Below the pieces are notes generated by a model, which searched no databases, was not told the DNA's origin, and was given only the letters and a program-made list of their open reading frames with translations. Positions 1-13,144 of a stretch of DNA of 64,000 nt are shown here, one piece after another. Source of the DNA: Microthyrium microscopicum (lineage: Eukaryota). Position numbers and translations under genes: made by a program. The stretch lies in contig MU004245.1 of the NCBI GenBank assembly GCA_010405405.1, positions 9,256 to 73,255 on the forward strand, written 5' to 3'. Within the stretch, counting starts at the first letter, position 1, and the number at the start of each line of letters is the position of its first letter.

Positions 1-2143
1 CTAAACTTTTAACCTTAGTTTTATATAGTATTCTTTAACTATATTTATTATAAGAGAATCTCTTTCTTTATCCTAAAGGAAGAGCCTATATAAGATACTA
101 CTAAAATATTTAAGAAAATATTTAAAAAAATCTAGTTTATTTATTATTACTCTTATTATTATAATTAACTAATATATTACTAAAAGTTCTATTATCTTAC
201 TTATTCTTAATATTATTACTATTTTATTTAGGTACTAAATATATCTAGATATAATAAAGATTACTAATAAGTAACGTTCCTATATATAATAATAACTCTT
301 AGATAACTATTATTACTTTAAGTATCTAATTTACCTACTTATAGATAGAGCTTAAAGTAGTTCTTAGCTACTTCTTTAACTAGTTAGAAGTATAGATATA
401 TTTATTAATATAATTACTTAATTTAACTATAAAGGCAATATACTACTTACTTAGTAAGGCGTAAGATATAGGAATAGTACTATTTTAATTAAGAAAGAAA
501 GGTTATTACTTCTTAGTAACTACTTTAATAACTACTAAGTCCTTAAATATAATCCTAGCTTTATATAATATTCTTTAACTATATTTATTATAAGGAAACT
601 CTTTTTATTATTTTAAAAGAAGAGCTTATATAGAATATTACTAAAATAATTAAAGAAATATTTACTTACTTAATACCTTTACTATATTACTTAAGTATTT
701 TTACCTAGTTTAATAGCTATATAATAGTATCTTTATTAAACTAGGAATAGTAAATAAATCTTTAACTCTACTAGTTATATAAAGGAGTAAGTAGTACTAT
801 ATAATTAAAATAATAACTAGGCTAGTTTTAGCTTAATTTATATACTACTTACTATTACTCTTATTATTATAGTTAACTAATATATTACTAAAGGTGCTAT
901 TACCTTACTTACTCTTAATATTATTACTACTTTATTTAGATACTAAATATATCTAGATATAATAAAGGTTACTAGTAAGTAATATTTCTATATATAGTAA
1001 TAACTTCTAAATAACTATTATTACTTTAAGTATCTAATCTACTTACCTATAAATAAAGCTTAAAGTAGTTTTTTCTTTATTATATTACTTAAGTATCCTT
1101 ATCTAGTTTAATAACTTATTAAAAGTATTTATAAAGGCTTATAGTATATTAAATATTTTTTCTTATTATTAAGTAAGATTATGCTAGAAATATATTCTAC
1201 TTAGTAAATTCTTTAGACTTTAAATCTAATATATATATAAACTACTAAAGTTAAAAATATTACTAGAAGCTTCTTAAGTTTAGCTTAATAAACTATATAA
1301 TAGTACTAGATATAGAAATTTTTAAAGGAAACTCTCTTATTCTTATAGAAAAGATAATTTAAAAAAGAAAAAAGTTAATAGCGCTCTTTAAATAGTATAA
1401 AGTAAGAAAGACTTTTTTAGTATATTATAACTAGTCTTTAATATTAATTTTTATTAAACTAGGAATAATAAATAAATCTTTAATTTTACTAGTTATATAA
1501 AGAAGTAAGTAATACTATATAATTAAAATAATAACTAGGCTACTTCTAGCTTAAGTTATATACTACTTACTATTACTCTTATTATTATAATTAACTAATA
1601 TACTACTAAAGGTACTATTACTTTGCCTACTCTTAATATTATTACTACTTTATTTAGGTACTAGATATATTTAAATATAATAAAGGTTACTAATAAATAA
1701 TATTTCTATATATAGTAATAACTTCTAAATAATATATAGTATTAAAGGTTATAAAGCTTTATATAAAATTTTTAAAGTATACTATAAATATAATTAAATA
1801 TACTAAATAAATTTACTATTATAGGTACTAATTATTATTCTAAGTATCTAATCTACTTACTTATAAATAAAACTTAAGGTAGTTTTTTCTTTACTATATT
1901 ACTTAAGTATCTTTACCTAGTTTAATAGCTATATAATAGTATTAGATATAGAAATTTTTAAAGGAAACTCTCTTATTCCTATAGGAAAGATAATTTAAGA
2001 AAGAAAGAAGTTAATAATACCTTTTAAGTAGTATAAAGTAAGAAAGACTTCTTTAGTATATTATAACTAGTTTTTAATATTAATCTCTATTAGACTAGGA
2101 ATAGTAAATAAATCTCTAACTCTACTAATTATATAAAGAGGTA

Positions 2144-3240
2144 TTATTATTAATTCTTGCTTAACGTCTAGTAGCAGGCGCGCTACGAGCCTATATAGAT
2201 AAATGCTAATATTGGACCGTAAAAACCTATCTAATCTAGCCGATCTACCTAATTACCTAAGTGTTCTAACTATTAGTATACTAAAGAACTAAATTATATA
2301 GGAAAACTAACCCCTTGTGTTGCCGTTTACCCCTTAGGCTAACGTCCTGCTACTATGCTAAGCTTTATTGGAAGCTTAATGCAGCTGTAGGTAATTATAT
2401 AATATTGCCTCTAAATTCTAAGTAATGGCTTTTAATCGGCCTAGCTGGGGCTCCTTCTATACAATGGTTTGTTAGCTATTTAGGTAGTTACTTTTGTAAG
2501 TAACGGTGTACTATATGTTCTATGCTGAGGCCGTAGCAACGTAGCTTTAGTCTGAGTTTTATTCCTATTGCTTGTTTTAATTTTACTGTTTGTGTGTGCT
2601 ATGTTTTTTAAGGAAGCGCCGTTAGTTTACTAAAAGCTCTCTAACTACGCTATACTTTGCTTTAAGCCGTGAATTCTAATTTAGTATTCTGAAGAATATT
2701 GGCTCTTTTAGTAGGACAAGGCTAGGCCGGCCGATGTAGACTCTATAGTTGCTAGGCTAAGAGTTACGTAATAACTAGTATCTTATCCTTTCGGACTATT
2801 AATTCTTAGACTAATTTAGCTTAGTTAGATTTAATAATAGCTGTCTAATCTTATTGCTAAGAGCTATAGTAGAGAATCTTAGTATACTAAGTAGGCTCTA
2901 TTAGGTTTCTGTAGCGTCTTATATAGTGCGCTTTATATTGTAAGCTAGGGTCGCTTAGGATGCTATAAAAATATGCGCTAGACTATTCTAAGTTTAGTAT
3001 AGGCTTAGTAAGGAGGATCTTGCTGTAGCTAGTAGCTATAATTACTACTTTAGCCGTCATTGCTGCTACTTCTAAAAATAATAGATGGCGTGCCTACTAC
3101 TTCTAGAAGTAACTATTGCTAATTTTAGTCGTAATAGTTGCTAAAATTAGGGGGAGGAGTATAGGAATTAAACCCGCGCCTTCTCGATTCGTAGTAGAAG
3201 CTATAGTGAGTTGAGATGTGCCTCACTATACTAACTCTCC
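2144..3240 (-). mobile_element. tRNA-headed SINE-like non-LTR retroposon (~1.1 kb)
   Basis: Flanked by the direct repeat tatataaagaggta (2130-2143 and 3241-3254), and uninterrupted paralogous empty sites exist at ~775-800 and ~1492-1515. The minus strand starts with a tRNA-like cloverleaf and ends in a stem-loop plus (TAA)n tail. It is less RIP-damaged than its flanks. Confidence 0.8.
3153..3240 (-). pseudogene. Degenerate intron-containing tRNA-like head of the SINE (A box and B box)
   Basis: The minus strand reads GGAGAGT-TA-GTAT-AGTGAG-GCAC-AT-CTCAA-CTCAC-[~16 nt]-A-TCGAG-AAGGC-GCGGG-TTTAATT-CCTAT-ACTCCTC. After reversing C>T/G>A the acceptor, anticodon and T stems pair, and 3174-3164 becomes the B box GGTTCGATTCC. 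The isotype is uncertain (CAC in the anticodon position). Confidence 0.75.
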
Positions 3241-4191
3241 TATATAAAGAGGTAAATAGTACTATATAATTAAAATAATAATTAGTCTATTCTTAGCTTA
3301 ATTTATATACTACTTACTATTACTTTTATTATTATAATTAATTAATATACTACTAAAGATACTATTATCTTATTTATTCTTAATATTATTACTACTTTAT
3401 CTAAGTACTAAATATGTCTAGATATAATAAAAGTTATTAATAAGTAACGTTCTTATATATAGTAATAACTTCTAGATAACTATTATTATTCTAAGTATCT
3501 AATCTACCTATTTATAAATAGAGCTTAAGGTAGTCCTTAGCTACTTCTTTAACTAGTTAGAAGTATAAACGTATTTATTAATATAATTACTTAATTTAAC
3601 TATAAAGATAATATATAGCTTACTTAATAAGGCGTAAAATATAGAAATAGCGCTATTTTAACTAAAAAAAAAAAGTTATTACTTCTTAGTAACTACTTAT
3701 AGTAATAACTACTAAGTCCTTAAATACCTCCTTAGTTAGCTATAATAAATATAAAAGATATATCTTTCTACTAAATCTAGGAGATAAAAGCTTAGTTATA
3801 TATCTTACTTATAATTTACTAAGACTAGAATAATAATATTAAAGGCTAATTAGAACGTTTAGAAAGAATAGACTATAAAGATAATATATAGCTTACTTAG
3901 GGCGTAAAATATAGAAATAGTAATATCTTAACTAATTAGAAAAAGCTATTACGCCTTAGTAGCTAGTTATATAGTAATCTTTAATTCCTTTTTCTAAAAA
4001 CTATATCTTTTACTTAAAGATTATAACTATTTTATCTAAGTACTAAATATATTTAGATACTAATATCTAGATATATTTAGATATATTTAAATATATCTAG
4101 ATATATAGAAAGCTATTAGTAAGTATTATTTATATTCTATTATATATAGCTCTAGCTATAATAAATTTACTTAAGTATAGTATAAGCTATA

Positions 4192-4745
4192 TTTAAATAA
4201 CTATAATATACTTAATAAGTTTAAAATATTTTAAATAGTTTTATAATATTTTTAATAAAGTATATAATATTTTATATATATTTAATATCTTTATAATAAG
4301 TCTTAAATAACTATAATATACCTAATAAGTTTAAAATATTTTAAATAGTTTTATAATATTTCTAATAAAGTATATATTATTTTATATATATTTAATATTT
4401 TTATAATAAGTTTTAAATAACTATAATATATCTAATAAGTTTAAAATATTTTAAATAGTTTTATAATATTTCTAATAAAAGATATATTATCTTATATATA
4501 TTTAATATCTTTATAATAAGTTTTAAATAACTATAATATACTTAATAAGTTTAAAATATTTTAAATAATTTTATAATATTTCTAATAAAGTATATATTAT
4601 CTTATATATATCTAATATTTTTATAATAAGTTTAAAATAACTATAATATACTTAATAAGTTTAAAATATTTTAAATACTTTTAAAATATTTCTAATAAAG
4701 TACGTAGTTATCTTATATATATCTAATATCTTTATAATAAGTTAA
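4192..4745. repeat. 110-bp tandem satellite, 5 copies
   Basis: ctataatata recurs at 4201, 4311, 4421, 4531 and 4641 with near-identical units between. Confidence 0.95.
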
Positions 4746-5707
4746 ATATAACTTTTCTAGTATAATACGTAGTCTAATTTATAATATATAATAATTTTTT
4801 TATAATATACTAGTAGGTCTATAAACTTATAGTTAATAAAATCTTATAATTTAATAATCTTTTTATGCTTAAATAGTTTTATATTTACTAAATTTATTAA
4901 GAAGTAGCTAATAAAGGCTTAAAGAATTTCTATATTTTTTATTTTAGTATTTAAGGACTTTAACTATACCTTAGTATTTTTAAAAGCGTTCTTAGAGTAA
5001 TAATATCTATCTAGGTCTACCTATATTTCTTCTATAGTACTATAAGGATCTTTTAACTTATAACCTCTATATATAACTATAATGCTATAGATAAAGCTAG
5101 TATAATAGATATAAATAAACTTAATCTTCTTCTTTTTAGTAAGGACGTAAAAGTATATATTCTTATTAAGAAGTATATTTAATATCTTCTTTTTTTACTA
5201 TTTATAGTATATAGGTTTACTTTTAAAATTACTAAGTTCTTTAAACTTTATAAGTATTACTAAAGAGTTACTATTAGTTACTAATAATAGTAAGATATAG
5301 TATATTTCTTAGGCTTAAAGCTATAAGTATAAAACTACTAAATATATTACTTATAGTATAGAGTAACTTAAAAAGATATTATCTTTTAAATTATTTAGGT
5401 TAATATAGGCTTAGTTTAAATTTATCTAAAGTCTATTTTTAAGTTCTTAGATTTAGTAGCAAAGGTTAATAACTAACTTATAATATTATAAATTAGTATT
5501 ATACTTCTTTACTAATTTAGTAAAAGTAGCTTATTTGTTTAAATAAGTAGTAGTTAGTACTAGTTTGTAATTATAATAGATTTAGCTAGTAAGCGCTTTA
5601 AGATTTATTATTATTTACTAATAGGTAGCTACCTCTTTCTATAGTATATTTACTAATTTATCTAATTAACCTACTTCTATATTAGTGTCTATAAGTTCTT
5701 CTATTAG

Positions 5708-5934
5708 TATAATAATTCCTCTTTATAGGCTTTATAGTAGTGTTGTAAGAGAGATCTTATTATAAGATCGCGCGCTAGACCCAAGGGGGTTAGCGCGCCT
5801 AAGGATCTGCTAAGCGGACTTACTTCCCTCGTAGATCTATAGCTCTTCTAAATCTTCTTTTTTCTCTTTCTTATTTATAGATTCTAGAATACAATCTAAT
5901 TATCTGTTCGCTCTAAGTTCTATAGCTCGTTATA
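5708..5934 (+). repeat. 5' LTR of Gypsy A
   Basis: Direct repeat of 13145-13371. Termini TA..TA are RIP products of TG..CA. Confidence 0.95.
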
Positions 5935-8900
5935 TAATCTACGAACTATTTAATAACCTACGCGCTTATACTACGTACCTTAGAATTTACTTCTAAAAGA
6001 AGCGCCTATATAGATTAATTTAATTTTACGCGCATAGTCTTAGACCTTATTAAAATCCTTTATTAAAAGGTTTACTAAATCTATTAGCCCTACTAACTCC
6101 TTAACTAATTAGAGCGTTAGGATTCCCTAATACTCCTTAACCTATTAATAGTCTAAGCGTTAATTGCCCTTCATCCTTAGTTCTATAGAACGCTAAAAGT
6201 TTGCCTTCTATACTACTACTAAATATTCGTAATTACGCTTAATATACTTACTATTAAAAACGCGCTAAATAAATAAGCGTTTTCTTCTAGTACTCTTTTT
6301 TATTATTTATAACTATAGCTAATAAGGCTTCTATCTAATAGACTTAAGTTAATAGCTATATAGCCTACTCACTATTCCTAGTTACTTATACTTAGCCTAA
6401 TAATTAGTGTTAATCTCTATCTCTTATATGCTTACGTTACTTATTTTTATTATATTACCTTTCTACTATATATACTAAGTATTAAAGCAGACTTAATACT
6501 TAGGATACAATGTAACTAAATACTATTTAGAAAGTAATAGACTTAGTAGAGAGCGTATTAGGACTATTAAAACCGCTAGAATTAGATTTAAAAGTATTAT
6601 TAGAAGATAAAGATAAGTTAGAAGATAACTATCTATTAGAACGAGGCCATAAAGGCAAAGAGAACCTTAAAGCGTTAGAAGACGCCCCTCTAAATGCTAG
6701 TTAAATAACTTTACTAAACTAAATAAATATAAGAGATAACTAACTTCTAGCTCCTTTTTAACCTAATAATAATACTAGACTTTCTTTTAGAATATATAAA
6801 TAGCTAATAGAACTACGCTAATAAGCTAAAGGCCTTAGAGTACTACCTATATTAATATCTTACTATCTTATAGTAGTAGACCTTAATTAACTAGTTACTC
6901 TAACTATTAATAAGAACCTTCTAATCTTCTAAGCTACTTAAGTATAAAAGATGCCTAATAAAAAAGGTAGTAAACTAAAAGACGTAGGAATTTACTTCTA
7001 TTATAAAGAGAAATAATTAGATCTTTACTACTACTCTTACTACTTAATTAAATTAAGCATAGACTTAGAATATCTACTAAAAGGAGAGTTTATATTAGAT
7101 AACTTAGTTATATAGCTCTACGTCTTATTATTAGCTTCCTAAACTATAGCTTACCTCTTTAAAATTAAGTAAAACATAAACGCTCATAATATAGACCTAC
7201 TCTTTACTCTTTAGGAAGAAGCTTTAGAAGCTTAAGGAGAGATATAGGACTTAACTAAAACTAATAATAAACGTATAAAGCAAATTATATACCTTAAAGC
7301 GTAAGTTTAAGATAATACTATTACCCTTATAGAAGTAGTAATTACTTATTAAAAAGCATAAGAATTATAATATAATAATAATCTACTTAAGAAAGTACTT
7401 ACTATACGCATTAATAAGATTAGTAAATATCGTAAAGCTTTATAAGAGAAGGTAGACAAAGTTATTATCCTTTAAGCTTAGGTTAACGCCCTTTAAAAGA
7501 AACCTTTATCTACTAAAGTAACTAATCTCTATCTTAATCTTAATAAGTTAGTAGATAATAACTTATTCTACTAGACTTCCTTAACCTAAGATATAGATTA
7601 ACTTAATTAGAATATACTTCTAGGAGCTCTAGATAGATATTAATTTACTCTCTTCTTTAATCTTAACTTAGTAGGTAATACTTTTCTTCTTAAAGTATAA
7701 GGTAATAAGCCTTTACTCTTCTTAAGAAAAGATAAATAGAAGTATTATACCTAAAAAGGTAAAGTATTAAACTACTTAGATAATAATACATAAGTCTACC
7801 TTATAAAAGCTTCTAAGATTTAAGTTATCTAAGGTATAATAGAAGACTAAGTATTTAGTATTATTAATAAGCAAAGTAACTATAAGTTAACTAACCTATA
7901 TTTATTTATAGTAAAGATATAGTCTAATCTAGATTATAAGTATAGTATTAAAGATAGCTATATTATTACTAAAACCTAGCTTAAAAGTTAAGAAGTTATA
8001 ATAAAGCCTACTAAGAAACTTAAATAATTCCTAGCTTACTTCTTAGAAAACTTATAAGAAGCTAAGCTTAGTAATTAAGATAAGATTATTAAAATACGTC
8101 CTCTTTTACTCTTAAAATTTATAAAGAGAGTACTCTTTATAGAATTAAAAATATTTATAAACTTTCTTAAGAGCCTATATACTATTACTTATTATATTAA
8201 ATACGTCCCTTCTACTAATCTATAAAGCTATAATAATAATAATTATCTAGTAGCTAAGGGTAGTAAACAAAAACCTAAGTATAATTGCTCTTTAGATATT
8301 TATAATACTTTAAGAGTTAATAATTATTATATAAAGTACAGAAAGAAAGGCTATAGCTATTAGTATAACTTAGTACTATATAAAGATAGAGATACCTTAT
8401 TAGACGCTAAAATCTAACTAAAAGTTATAGCTATTATTATAGAGTTTATTACTATTTATAATTAAATTACTACTTAATCTCCTTAGTCCCTAACTATAGA
8501 GGATAATTATAATAAGTATAATTATAGTAATAATACAAAAAACTAAAAGCTTCTCTATAAAGACGCGTAAAGGAGCTAAATAAGTAAGAAGTATATAATT
8601 AGTAACGAAAGAAGAATAAATTTAACCCTAAGCTAGTTCTCTCTAAAGAATAAATCTAATATAAGGTTAATAAGACTATTTAACGCTTAGAAGGCAATCT
8701 CTAATAAGTATTATCCCTAGAGCCTATTATATTTAATAATACTAAACTAGCTATTATTAAGATATTTCTTATCTTTATAGTATATAATTTTTATTCTTAA
8801 GAAATAGCTACTATACTTATAATAAGCAATTAGTAAACTACTTATAATACTATATTCTTTCTAAAATAAGGCTACTACTTAAAAATTAATATTCTTATAA

Positions 8901-11900
8901 ATACTAAGAGTAGAGTAATAAGAATTATCTACCTTAACTTTATTAAATAATATAGGATTCTTACTATTAATTTCTTTACCTCCTAAATTATATAATTAGC
9001 TAATAGTAAAGCTATTATAAAGGTTAATAAAGCTACTATAGTTAATATTTATTTAAGAGAATATATTAAATAAATCTACTACTTTGTTATAAATATTACT
9101 AATTACGACCTTATTCTTAGTAACTTATAGATTAACCTTTATAAGGTTATTCTTAAAGAAGGAAAAAAGTAAATCCTCTTTAATTTAAACTACTACTTAG
9201 TATACTACTTACTAGCTAGTTATCTAATCTTAATAGATTATAAAGGCTACTTAGTTAACCTAACTAATCCTTACTTTAAGAACGTTATTATAGTTAGTAC
9301 TATTACCTTTATTAAACTACTAGAATAAGGCTAGTAATTTAGTAAAATCTAGCTTAATAATTTTAAAGATAAAAAAGATAAGAAACTTCTAGATTTAGAT
9401 TCTATACTAAAAGAAGATATTACTATTAACTTAGGCAAAATTTTACCTAAGGACTTTAAAAAGTAGTAAGAGAAATATAATAAACTTCCTCTCTTATAAG
9501 AAGAGATTCTTAAATGCTTACTAAAAGAATATTACTATTATATAAATATCTTTAACTTAAAATTAGGTAATAAACTTATACTATACTATAACGAATAGGA
9601 TTACTTTATTAATATTATTCTAGACGCTATAATTCTTAAATACTACTATAATAGCTTAGGTTACTAAGAATTCTTTATTATTAAATAATACGTTAATTAG
9701 ATACTTAGTTAAAATTAAGTTTAGGCTAGTAAATTATATTACGCTATACTAATACTATATATGTATAAATTAGGAAAAAGAATTTAAGTTTATATTAATT
9801 ACTATAGACTTAATAAAATTACGTAAAAGAATTATAACGTTCTTTTATAGCTACTAGAAACTTTAATCTATATCTATTATATAAAATACTTCTCTAAGTT
9901 TAATGTTATTACTACCTTTATATATATCTATATTAAACCTAGTAATAAATATAAAACTATATTCTTAACTCATTATAGATTATATAAATTTAAAGTTATA
10001 CTCTTTAGCCTTACTAGAGCTTTAGAGACCTTCTAAGCTTATCTTAACTATATTCTAATTAATTACCTTAATAACTTTATTATAAGCTATATAGATAATC
10101 TATTAGTCTTTAGTAATACTAAAGCTAGCTATATTGCTTATATTTACTTAGTCTTAGAAGTAATAAGTAAAGTAGGATTATATTTAGATATTTAGAAGTA
10201 TAAATTTAATACTTAATAAGTTAAATACCTTAGCCTAATTATTACTACTAAAGGCATTAAGATAGACCTAAAGAAAGTTTAAAGTATAGTTAACTAATAA
10301 TGTCTCTTTTTAGTTAAAGACTTTTAAGCTTTTCTTAGCTTTACTAACTTCTATTACTAATTTATTCTTAAATATTTAAAGACTATAGTACTACTAATAA
10401 TATTTATAAAGAAGGATACTATAGTAATCTTTCCTTAGGACTCTAATAAACTAAAAGAACGCGTATTTAAGAAGCTAAAGATAAACTTTATATTTACTAA
10501 AATATTACGCTACTTTAACTATACTAAAGAAATATAGCTAAAGATAAATACCTTAGATTAGGTTTATACTATAGTTTTCTCTTAAAAAGGTAATAATAAG
10601 AAGCTTTACCTAGTTATATACTTCTTAAAGAAGATAACTTTAGTAAAATATAATTATAATATTTATAATAAAAAACTTCTAGCTATTATTTACGTATTTA
10701 AGGAATAGAAACTAGAGCTATTTAGCTCTATTAACCCTATTTAAGTATTCTTTAATTACTATAATCTTTAGACGTTTATAATAATAAAACGTTTCTCTTA
10801 ATAATAAGCTAAATAAGCTAAGTTCCTCTTTTAATTTTACTTTAAAATAAAGTACTAACTAGGTATAGCTAATAGAAAGATAAATACCCTTACCTATTAG
10901 TTATAAGATATCCTATAAAGTAATAATAATCCTTATATCTCTTAATAAGTCTAACCTTTACTATTCTTATACTAATTTAATATAGAGTATATAATAAAGC
11001 TAGCTATATTACTTATTAAACCTACCTATCTCTTAATACTATACTTAGCTACTATTACTTAAGATAAGTTAGATATTTCTAATCCTATAAGTAAGCTACT
11101 TAATCCTATAGAAGAGTCTCTTAGTAATAATAAGACGCCTAAGAGTAAGCTACTTAATCTCTTAAGAAATAACCTATTCCTAAATTTTAATAGTAACTAG
11201 TTTTTATAAGATATTATAAACATAGTAGAGTATAATAAAATAATAATTATTATCTACTACGCTAAAACTAACTACTAGTTCTTCTTACCCTTTAGTACTT
11301 TAGAATAAGAATAAATTAAGCTTAGAGACTATATAGTAGCTACTAATAAAATAATCCTTTACTATAACTAAATCTTTATTCCTTAAGGAAAGCTTTAGTA
11401 ACGCGTTATATAAAGTATATATAGCTATAAAGCTATAGGCTATAATAAAGCTATAATAACTTACTACTACCTATAAGAGAATTACTAGTAGCCTAAAATA
11501 TTATAGAACGTTAAAAGCTTTATTAAGGACTATAAATACGTATTTACTAAATTTATTTAGTAAAAGAAGTAAGGCTTTCTACGTTAATTCTCTCTTTTTA
11601 AGTACGTATAGTCTAATATCTCTATTAATTTTACTATCTTACTACTTTACTATTTATACTAAGGCGTAATCTACTAGTACATTATAGTAGTCATTAACTA
11701 ATATATATAGATCTAACGCTTTATTTTGCTATTAGACTTATTTATAGACTTAATAATACTAGCCTTTATTAACTATATATAGAAGCTTATTAACTAGCTA
11801 TTAATAATTCTTTTAGATTATAGTAGTTAATTTACTTCTATATTTTAGAAACGCTTATATAAATACGTAGGTATAGTACTCTATCTTAGTATAGTATTTT

Positions 11901-13144
11901 ACCCTAAAACTAATAGTATAATAGAAATCTTAGTTACTATACTTAAGTAATTCTTACGCGTATTTATTAATTAGAATTAAGATAATTAGGTAGCTTTTTT
12001 ACTCTTTACTAAATTTATAGTTAATTCTACTATAAACGCTACTATAGGAGTTATACCTTTTAAAGCTTAAAATAGATTTAATCCTTAATTAGGCCTTAAG
12101 TCCTTATATTGCCTTCTAAAACCTATAAATACCTTTATAGCTACTAATAAGGAAGCTATTAATATAGATATAATATAGAAGGGTTATACTAAGATATACA
12201 ATTATTTAATAGAGTAACTAATCTAGGCATAAGCTTAGTAGGCAGAATACGTTAATTATTATTACTACGTAGCTCTAGATTTATTACTAGGCAACTAGGT
12301 TTACTTAAATATATAGAACTACCCTACTTTATATTCCTTAAAGACTTTAGATAATAAGAATATAGGCCCCTTCTATATAATTAAGAAAATTAATATTATT
12401 ATCTATAAACTTAATCTCTTTATTTTTATAAAGATATATAATATCTTCTACGCCTAGGTCCTTTACTATATCGTAAATAACACTAAGCTACTTAAGTATA
12501 CTAATTTACTACTAATAGTTATTAAAGAAACTATAGATAATAATAAATAGTCTATTAATGCTATTATTAATAGCTACTTTACTAGTTAATATAAGAAGCT
12601 ATAATATAAAATTAAGTATACTAGTTATAATAAAGCTAAATAGTATAATTAAATAGCTACTAAGAATATACTAGAGCTTATTACTAAGTTTTACGCTTAG
12701 TACCTTAGTAAGCTAGGCCTATATCCTACCTAAATATTACTAATACTAGAGCTTACTAGTAATAATATTAATTATAACTCTAATAGCATTCCTACTAATT
12801 AGGAGGCATAAATAATTATACTACTAATTTCTTTATATTAATAGGATTACTAACTACTAGACTACTAAGACTTAAGAACTAGAGTATTCTAAAGACATTT
12901 TAGGGTTTATTAATATTTCTTAATAGTTGCCTTAGTAGGCTAGAGGTTAAGATACTTTAAACAACTAGTAATTAGTATTATACTATAAAAGGATTAAAAT
13001 ATTATTTATTACTAAAAGTTTATTAGACTAGATTAGACTAGACTAGACTAGATTAAACTAGACTAGATTAGAATAGAATAGATTAGGAAAGTAAATATAA
13101 TTAGTAGTTTATAGCCTAGAGAGCTATACTAAAGAAGAGGATTA

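Larger units (their letters stand above)
1..3790. repeat. Quasi-tandem mosaic of ~0.65-0.7-kb shuffled modules
   Basis: The block tactcttattattat...ggtactaaatatatctagatataataaag starts at 148, 856, 1574 and 3321. Other sub-blocks also recur (1-120 vs ~545-660; ~1290-1560 vs ~1930-2140; ~360-545 vs ~3530-3725). Confidence 0.85.

Noticed and set aside
3153..3240. Functional tRNA gene (including tRNA-Sec, given a TCA near the loop)
   Set aside because: Mutated T-loop/B box, short variable arm, and it lies inside a TSD-bounded insertion.
4192..4745. Regular repeat considered as a CRISPR-like array
   Set aside because: Units are full tandem copies with no unique spacers; eukaryotic context.
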